Source: a virus (lineage: Duplodnaviria > Caudoviricetes). From it: a stretch of DNA of 30,260 nucleotides. Where the stretch lies: IMG/VR virus record IMGVR_UViG_3300038974_000803, positions 1 to 30,260 of that record. One strand, 5' to 3'. This document shows, one piece after another, positions 25,775 through 30,260 of this stretch. A program made the translations under genes and the position numbers. The first letter of the stretch is position 1, and each line of letters starts with the position of its first letter. Under the pieces are notes generated by a model. The model had not been told where the DNA came from and did no database searches. It was given only the letters and a program-made list of their open reading frames with translations.

Positions 25775-26530
25775 TTACTGGATATCTTCGCGTGAAACGG
25801 TGACTCTGTTCATCGATTCACGGAATGCCTTGATGTACCGATCTATCTGTTCCTTCGCCTCATCTGGCAAAACAGCTATTAATTTGGGTTTCAGCTTTGA
25901 ATACCGGATGCCCTTCTTGTTCTGGGCCTGCTCAAGCCCAATGCTGATAATCGCATTGGAGTACTTGATGTTCTTGGACGATAGGGACAGCATGAATTTC
26001 TTCAGCGGCTGCACTGACGCGACCGGAACCGGCACGATGACCGGCAGCATTTCGCCGGGCCTCATGACGAACAGCGTGCCGACGGTCTTGCACGCCTGGC
26101 CTCCGCCACCCTTGGGATCGCTTTCCCATTGTGCGTACGGACACGTTGCGCAAAGACCGCCTGGAGTTCCGACGCCGGTGATCAGGTCTTTGCTCTGACA
26201 ATCCGGCGGAGTACCCTCACCGGTGAATTCATCCGCCCAGTAAACGCGGATGGTCTTGTTCATAAGAACAATGCCGTCGATGGACTTGACGGACTGCGGT
26301 TCTCCGTCCAGACCGAACACTTCCCATGACTGGCCGCCCCCTGTCGGGAATTTCAATTTTTCAAAATCACTCGGCGACATGTCCTGTCCGCCCAGATTCT
26401 CGCGAACGACCTCCATCGCATTATCATCAACAAATGCGAAATTATCGAGATCTTCAGGTTTTGCGATTGGTAAACACAAATCTATCTTGGTTTTTGTTGC
26501 GGGCAAAGCTGCCCCTTCTGTTGTTGCCAT
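25775..26530 (-). CDS. Putative single-stranded DNA-binding / replication accessory protein with Zn-binding Cys
   Basis: LKFPTGGGQSWE, RVYW, PPDCQSKD..G..CATCPYAQW....GQACK and LPVIVPVPVASVQP. Conserved-looking phage replication-module protein. The function is inferred from context. Confidence 0.55.
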   Translation of the reverse strand: MATTEGAALPATKTKIDLCLPIAKPEDLDNFAFVDDNAMEVVRENLGGQDMSPSDFEKLKFPTGGGQSWEVFGLDGEPQSVKSIDGIVLMNKTIRVYWADEFTGEGTPPDCQSKDLITGVGTPGGLCATCPYAQWESDPKGGGGQACKTVGTLFVMRPGEMLPVIVPVPVASVQPLKKFMLSLSSKNIKYSNAIISIGLEQAQNKKGIRYSKLKPKLIAVLPDEAKEQIDRYIKAFRESMNRVTVSREDIQ

Positions 26531-26551
26531 AGGCTGCCTCCTTTTTGGCTG

Positions 26552-27055
26552 TTATTTTCGTATACGAATGTCTACTGTTTCCGTTACCCGAACCATCGTG
26601 TTGAATGGTTCCGGTAACGCTGCCGCTATTTCTTCAGGCGACGCAATAATGTCACCGTTGGAATCCAAAAATTCCGGATGTTCCTGGATGATTTCCCGCA
26701 CGTAGCTGGAAAGTTTTTGTGCGCTACAGGTAATATAATCCTGCATGTCCGCTCCGATCAGAGCTTGCGCAAGCGCTGTTTTTTCTGTGCCCGAATTGAT
26801 TCCCGCCCAGATTTGCTTGGCGATGTAGATATTTTTTCCATTGGATTTAATGGACGAGATGCCCATTTCGACGAAAAGGTCTTTGATTTGTTCTTTGGCT
26901 CTGCCAATTTTCTCCTCGATCTCGTCGAGGACTTTCTTGGTGGCCTTTTTCTCTGCGTCCAGTTGAACGAACAGAGACAATAAAGCGCTCATTGTTCCGG
27001 TGGATGTGTCCGCTGCAACGGTCTCACCCGCCCCTGCCTGGCCTATGTGGTTCAT
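26552..27055 (-). CDS. Phage replication-module coiled-coil protein (Gp33/Gam-like), hypothetical
   Basis: N-terminal coiled coil followed by MGISSIKSNGKNIY. RBS AAGGAG. Sits upstream of the SSB-like gene. Confidence 0.6.
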   Translation of the reverse strand: MNHIGQAGAGETVAADTSTGTMSALLSLFVQLDAEKKATKKVLDEIEEKIGRAKEQIKDLFVEMGISSIKSNGKNIYIAKQIWAGINSGTEKTALAQALIGADMQDYITCSAQKLSSYVREIIQEHPEFLDSNGDIIASPEEIAAALPEPFNTMVRVTETVDIRIRK

Positions 27056-27245
27056 GGTTATTCTCCTTTCTTAAATATTGGCTTTCTTTCGGGAAAGCCA
27101 TGCCGCTTTCCCAGCGATAGATCGTGTGATATCCGGTTCCTATCGCGGCCCCGACATCTCTTAATGTTAACTGATGATCTGTTCTCCACTGCCTTAGAGG
27201 ATTCGCCATGAGCCACGATTGAACCGCCATGCGGTAATCGTTCAT
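27024..27245 (-). CDS. XRE/Cro-family helix-turn-helix regulator (possibly C-terminally truncated)
   Basis: NPLRQWRTDHQLTLRDVGAAIGTGYHTIYRWESGMAFP is a classic HTH_3 pattern. RBS GGGAGG. Confidence 0.8.
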   Translation of the reverse strand: MNDYRMAVQSWLMANPLRQWRTDHQLTLRDVGAAIGTGYHTIYRWESGMAFPKESQYLRKENNHEPHRPGRGG

Positions 27246-27274
27246 GCGTCCCTCCCGTATTGTTGTTGTTTTTT

Positions 27275-27308
27275 ATTTCAACGTATATTGATTTCAAAGT
27301 CAAGACTT
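27275..27308 (-). promoter_or_regulatory. Promoter for the HTH/replication operon with an overlapping palindromic operator
   Basis: TTGACT-N17-TGAAAT on the minus strand. Palindrome AAGTC-AA-GACTT (27297-27308) overlaps the -35. Confidence 0.55.
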
Positions 27309-27338
27309 AAAATCATAAAAAAACAGAATCGAATCAAA

Positions 27339-29060
27339 TTAAATACTTGCTGCGATATCTTCCGGAATATCAAAATCGGGGATTTCGTCGTAATACTGCT
27401 TAAGCACAGACTCAACAATTTCCTGTTTTTTCTTCAAAGCGTCCATAACCTTAAAATCTATGGTGTCTTCTGCAAGTAAATGGATATACATTCCCGATCT
27501 TGACTGACCTGGACGGTCCAATCTTTTGATCGACTGTTCGTAATCTCCCAGGGAAAATCCAAGCGAATAGTAGATACTGTATCGAGCACGCGTGAAATCA
27601 ACGCCTTCTCGACCGGACTTAATTTGGACGCCAAGTACATCTTTATTTCCGCCTTGCCACTGCGAAAGATCGTTACAGTTTCCCGAGAGTTCGCCATACG
27701 TCCGCCCCTGGCTTTCTGCAATTTCTTTGACTACCTTAAGATCATTTGTAAACCTCGCAAATATGATAATGGGTTCTTTAACGTCGAAATCTTCCAGAAC
27801 ATCTGCCAAGAGCTTTCTCTTGCTATCGCCAATGTGCTGTTTGTCCAGATATCCCGATGTGATTTCCTGAAGTCTTAACAGCTTGACCAGCGCGTTAGAT
27901 GCTGTGACCAGATTATTCTTAATCTCCGCGCAGAAGTTCTCGTTCATCTGGTTATATAAATCCCGTTCATCCTTGCTTAACGTACATGTTCGGATTTCAG
28001 ACTGAAATGGCGGAAGATCAAAGATGTCCTTGCTCATGACGCGATGTGCCAGCAGAAACATTTTGTTGTGCAACATTTCGGTGTTTCGGTAGGACAGAAC
28101 CTGATGTCCCTGAAAGCCGCCCATGACGGCAAAATTGCTCCGGAACTTTGTGAAACTTGTCCCGAAGACACCCGGATCGAGGAAACGATACTGGCCGTAG
28201 ATATCGAGAGGCGCGTGTGGACAAGGAGTGCCAGTAAGTGCCAGCCGGTATTTTGTGGTCTTGGCCAGAGATGCAAAAAACTTGGACGCCTTGCCACTGG
28301 GTGTCTTGATGCGGTGGCTCTCGTCGAGGACGATCAGGTCGAATCCGACGTCGTGCGCCCATTTAGCAAACGGTTCGCGCCATGCCGACTCATAATTTAT
28401 GACGCAAATAAATTGTTTTCTGGCATTCAACGCCTGGAACCTCGCCATCTCCGCGGCTTTGGTTTTCTTTTCCACAGAGACGCCCTTTACAGGATGGATA
28501 ACCAATTTGTTCCGCTGGTCTTCTGTGGCATGCCGATCAAACTGGCCGGATATTATGTTGTTACCAGCCCAGACATCAATAACGGATACCGGGCAGACAA
28601 TCAGGACTTTCTTGAATTTGTCTGGATAATTGCAGATCAGGTCGACGGCGCACCTCGACTTTCCGCAACCCATGTCGAGCGCCAGCATGACACCGCCGCC
28701 GCAGGTGTCTTTCTCGTCGAGACCGAGAAGTTCACGGGCCATATTGTAACAGACGACTTGATGATGCCAAGGCGCTGTGTTCGATATCGGAGACGCAAGA
28801 ACGTATTGTCCGTTCTTAACTGATTGCGCGATACTGAGTCTGGTTGCGATACTCTGAAGTTTTTGCCTGTCTTCATCGTTCATCTGGTTCGAGAACGATT
28901 GTAACAAACCACTTGCTGTAGTAGGAGTGAATAGATATTCCCAAGCACGTTCCTTGGGGACCCATCGGCCCCCAGGAACGGCCGCACAACGGTCTTTCTG
29001 ATCGTAGTGAGCCCTAAGTAGAATAGTGCGTTCTCCCTCAGGGAAATCGAATTGAACCAT
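27339..29060 (-). CDS. SNF2-family helicase with N-terminal HARP-like domain
   Basis: LDMGCGKS, LIVCP, INYES, LDESHRIK, LTGTP, GREGVDF and QSIKRLDRPGQ. N-terminal VPGGRWVPKERAW. RBS GGAGG before the ATG at 29060. Confidence 0.92.
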   Translation of the reverse strand: MVQFDFPEGERTILLRAHYDQKDRCAAVPGGRWVPKERAWEYLFTPTTASGLLQSFSNQMNDEDRQKLQSIATRLSIAQSVKNGQYVLASPISNTAPWHHQVVCYNMARELLGLDEKDTCGGGVMLALDMGCGKSRCAVDLICNYPDKFKKVLIVCPVSVIDVWAGNNIISGQFDRHATEDQRNKLVIHPVKGVSVEKKTKAAEMARFQALNARKQFICVINYESAWREPFAKWAHDVGFDLIVLDESHRIKTPSGKASKFFASLAKTTKYRLALTGTPCPHAPLDIYGQYRFLDPGVFGTSFTKFRSNFAVMGGFQGHQVLSYRNTEMLHNKMFLLAHRVMSKDIFDLPPFQSEIRTCTLSKDERDLYNQMNENFCAEIKNNLVTASNALVKLLRLQEITSGYLDKQHIGDSKRKLLADVLEDFDVKEPIIIFARFTNDLKVVKEIAESQGRTYGELSGNCNDLSQWQGGNKDVLGVQIKSGREGVDFTRARYSIYYSLGFSLGDYEQSIKRLDRPGQSRSGMYIHLLAEDTIDFKVMDALKKKQEIVESVLKQYYDEIPDFDIPEDIAASI

Positions 29061-29118
29061 TTGGCTGCCTCCATCTGGTAAATTCGTGTTTGGTCTCCTG
29101 CAAGAAACCAAACACGTT

Positions 29119-29150
29119 AAACTATATGTATATCAAAAATGTCAAGACAT
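29119..29150 (-). promoter_or_regulatory. Putative promoter/operator upstream of the SNF2 gene
   Basis: TTGACA on the minus strand (29140-29145) inside the palindrome ATGTC-AA-GACAT (29139-29150). The -10 is poorly spaced (TAGTTT at 15 nt). Confidence 0.45.
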
Positions 29151-29190
29151 ATTTTTTATTATTAGCAAATTTTGTTCACTGTTAGTATAA

Positions 29191-29451
29191 TCAAACTCTG
29201 AAAAAATGTATTTGATCGATACCTGATACGGCTTCATAAACGTCTGTGACAAATTCAGGATCGTTGCCCTGCTCTATGTTCAGATCATTGGCCCATTCGA
29301 TTGCCAGATCGAGATCGTGACCACAGTAAAAACCTGTCCTGTATGTACCCGCTGCTCCAGGCCACATTGTAGATAACTCATAGCCTTTGTCCGGATTATA
29401 AAGCTCTGGCAAAATAATAAACATACAGTTAGCCTTTTTAGCGGACATCAT
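29191..29451 (-). CDS. Hypothetical early protein
   Basis: RBS AAAGGAG before ATGATG at 29451/29448, more plausible than the 29499 start. Confidence 0.7.
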   Translation of the reverse strand: MMSAKKANCMFIILPELYNPDKGYELSTMWPGAAGTYRTGFYCGHDLDLAIEWANDLNIEQGNDPEFVTDVYEAVSGIDQIHFFRV

Positions 29452-29458
29452 TGCTCCT

Positions 29459-29587
29459 TTATGTAGAATTAATATCAAAGAAAAACAGAGAAAAATCAAT
29501 TACTTTTTTTACGGGTTTTCTTTTTAGCGTGCGGCTTTCCGATTCCTGCAATTCACGAAGCATGGTAATATAAATACTGATATTCAC
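29459..29587 (-). CDS. Small hypothetical protein (42 aa, GTG start), not in the ORF track
   Basis: GTGA overlap with the upstream stop and RBS AGGAG. Fills the gap up to the next gene's RBS. Confidence 0.4.
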   Translation of the reverse strand: MNISIYITMLRELQESESRTLKRKPVKKVIDFSLFFFDINST

Positions 29588-29697
29588 ACTTTTTTACTCC
29601 TGAGAATAAATAAAATAAACAACGCCACCGCCCACCACCCCGGACCGGAATAGAACACGAGCATAATCGAAAATGGCATGGCGATGAAGATTTTCAC
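29584..29697 (-). CDS. Small membrane protein, 37 aa (MKIFIAMPFSIMLVFYSGPGWWAVALFILFILRSKKV), not in the ORF track
   Basis: GTGA overlap with the upstream stop. Two hydrophobic segments around GPG and a basic C-terminus. Confidence 0.5.
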   Translation of the reverse strand: MKIFIAMPFSIMLVFYSGPGWWAVALFILFILRSKKV

Positions 29698-30080
29698 GTT
29701 GCTTTAACTTCCCTTAGTGCCGGACACAGGATGCCCGCAAGATTCATTAACACCTGCGGATGAAATTTTATATAATGACTTGTATTTTTGCAAGTCTCCC
29801 GATAGCGGCCTGTTTCGATGATTTCCAGTAAAATATTTTCAATATTGGACATATCAGCTTTTTCGATTATATTGGCAATTTTATTATATTGCCAGCAAAA
29901 ATCATAATATTCCGGCGCAAGGGACTTTCCGAGCTGACTGAACTTAACGACAAAACAGTTTTTTTCCAATAACTTTATGTTATCGTTCTGAGGCAAGGCA
30001 CGGACCGCTGACATAAGTTCATGACGCTGCTTTTCAATAAGATTTCTTGTCTTGATAATATTTTTTATCATATTAAGCAC
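29694..30080 (-). CDS. Hypothetical early protein
   Basis: 128-aa ORF in a co-directional chain of early genes. Start is 30080 (GTG) or 30071 (ATG). Confidence 0.7.
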   Translation of the reverse strand: MLNMIKNIIKTRNLIEKQRHELMSAVRALPQNDNIKLLEKNCFVVKFSQLGKSLAPEYYDFCWQYNKIANIIEKADMSNIENILLEIIETGRYRETCKNTSHYIKFHPQVLMNLAGILCPALREVKAT

Positions 30081-30088
30081 CTGCTAAT

Positions 30089-30229
30089 TTAATTATCACT
30101 CCAGATATTTGTTTGGAGTTTCCAGTAAATATGCTTGCCATTTTCGGTATCCAGATATCCCTCTGTATAACCCTCTTTGATCAGACGACTGATTTCCTCA
30201 CGATCGGTATCTTTTAGTTCTTTCAACAT
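30089..30229 (-). CDS. Small hypothetical protein, 46 aa (MLKELKDTDREEISRLIKEGYTEGYLDTENGKHIYWKLQTNIWSDN), not in the ORF track
   Basis: Strong RBS GAAAGGAG, ATG at 30229, TAA at 30089-30091. Confidence 0.7.
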   Translation of the reverse strand: MLKELKDTDREEISRLIKEGYTEGYLDTENGKHIYWKLQTNIWSDN

Positions 30230-30260
30230 GACATCACTCCTTTCAAAATACGCAATGTTC

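Noticed and set aside
28044-28823. 259-aa plus-strand ORF, and other long antisense ORFs such as 11535-12095 and 6124-6780
   Set aside because: These are shadows of well-supported genes on the opposite strand, with no RBS or recognisable motifs.
41-30229. Alternative genetic code / stop codon reassignment
   Set aside because: Genes are full length and densely packed under the standard code. TAA and TGA are common stops, and one small ORF ends in TAG.

Overview
A 30 kb segment of a tailed (siphovirus-like) dsDNA phage or prophage genome. Bases 1-41 are an untrimmed Illumina TruSeq adapter and index, not biology. The + strand (about 42-14400) is a lambda-like tail module: a 5'-truncated tape-measure protein with an unusual N-terminal region, distal tail/gpM-like, gpL-like, NlpC/P60 gpK-like, a 2170-aa gpI+gpJ-like tail tip with four CBM5/12-like modules, a tail fibre and its chaperone. 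Immediately downstream (14777-20418) is a tightly coupled operon of seven soluble glycan enzymes: GT4, a CatB/Vat-like acyltransferase, two SAM methyltransferases, a GT-A glycosyltransferase, a UDP-sugar epimerase, and a GT-A enzyme with polypeptide GalNAc-transferase-like motifs. This is the best candidate for a novel system, probably phage-encoded virion O-glycosylation with a methylated/acylated glycan. A promoter-to-terminator unit with no credible ORF (candidate sRNA) separates it from the convergent - strand replication/early module: VRR-NUC, UvrD helicase, dATP/dGTP diphosphohydrolase, iteron-type origin, RepB-type primase, putative SSB, XRE HTH, SNF2 helicase and small early ORFs. No integrase, lysis, capsid, DNA polymerase, tRNA or CRISPR features were seen. 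All family calls come from motif recognition by eye, not database searches.
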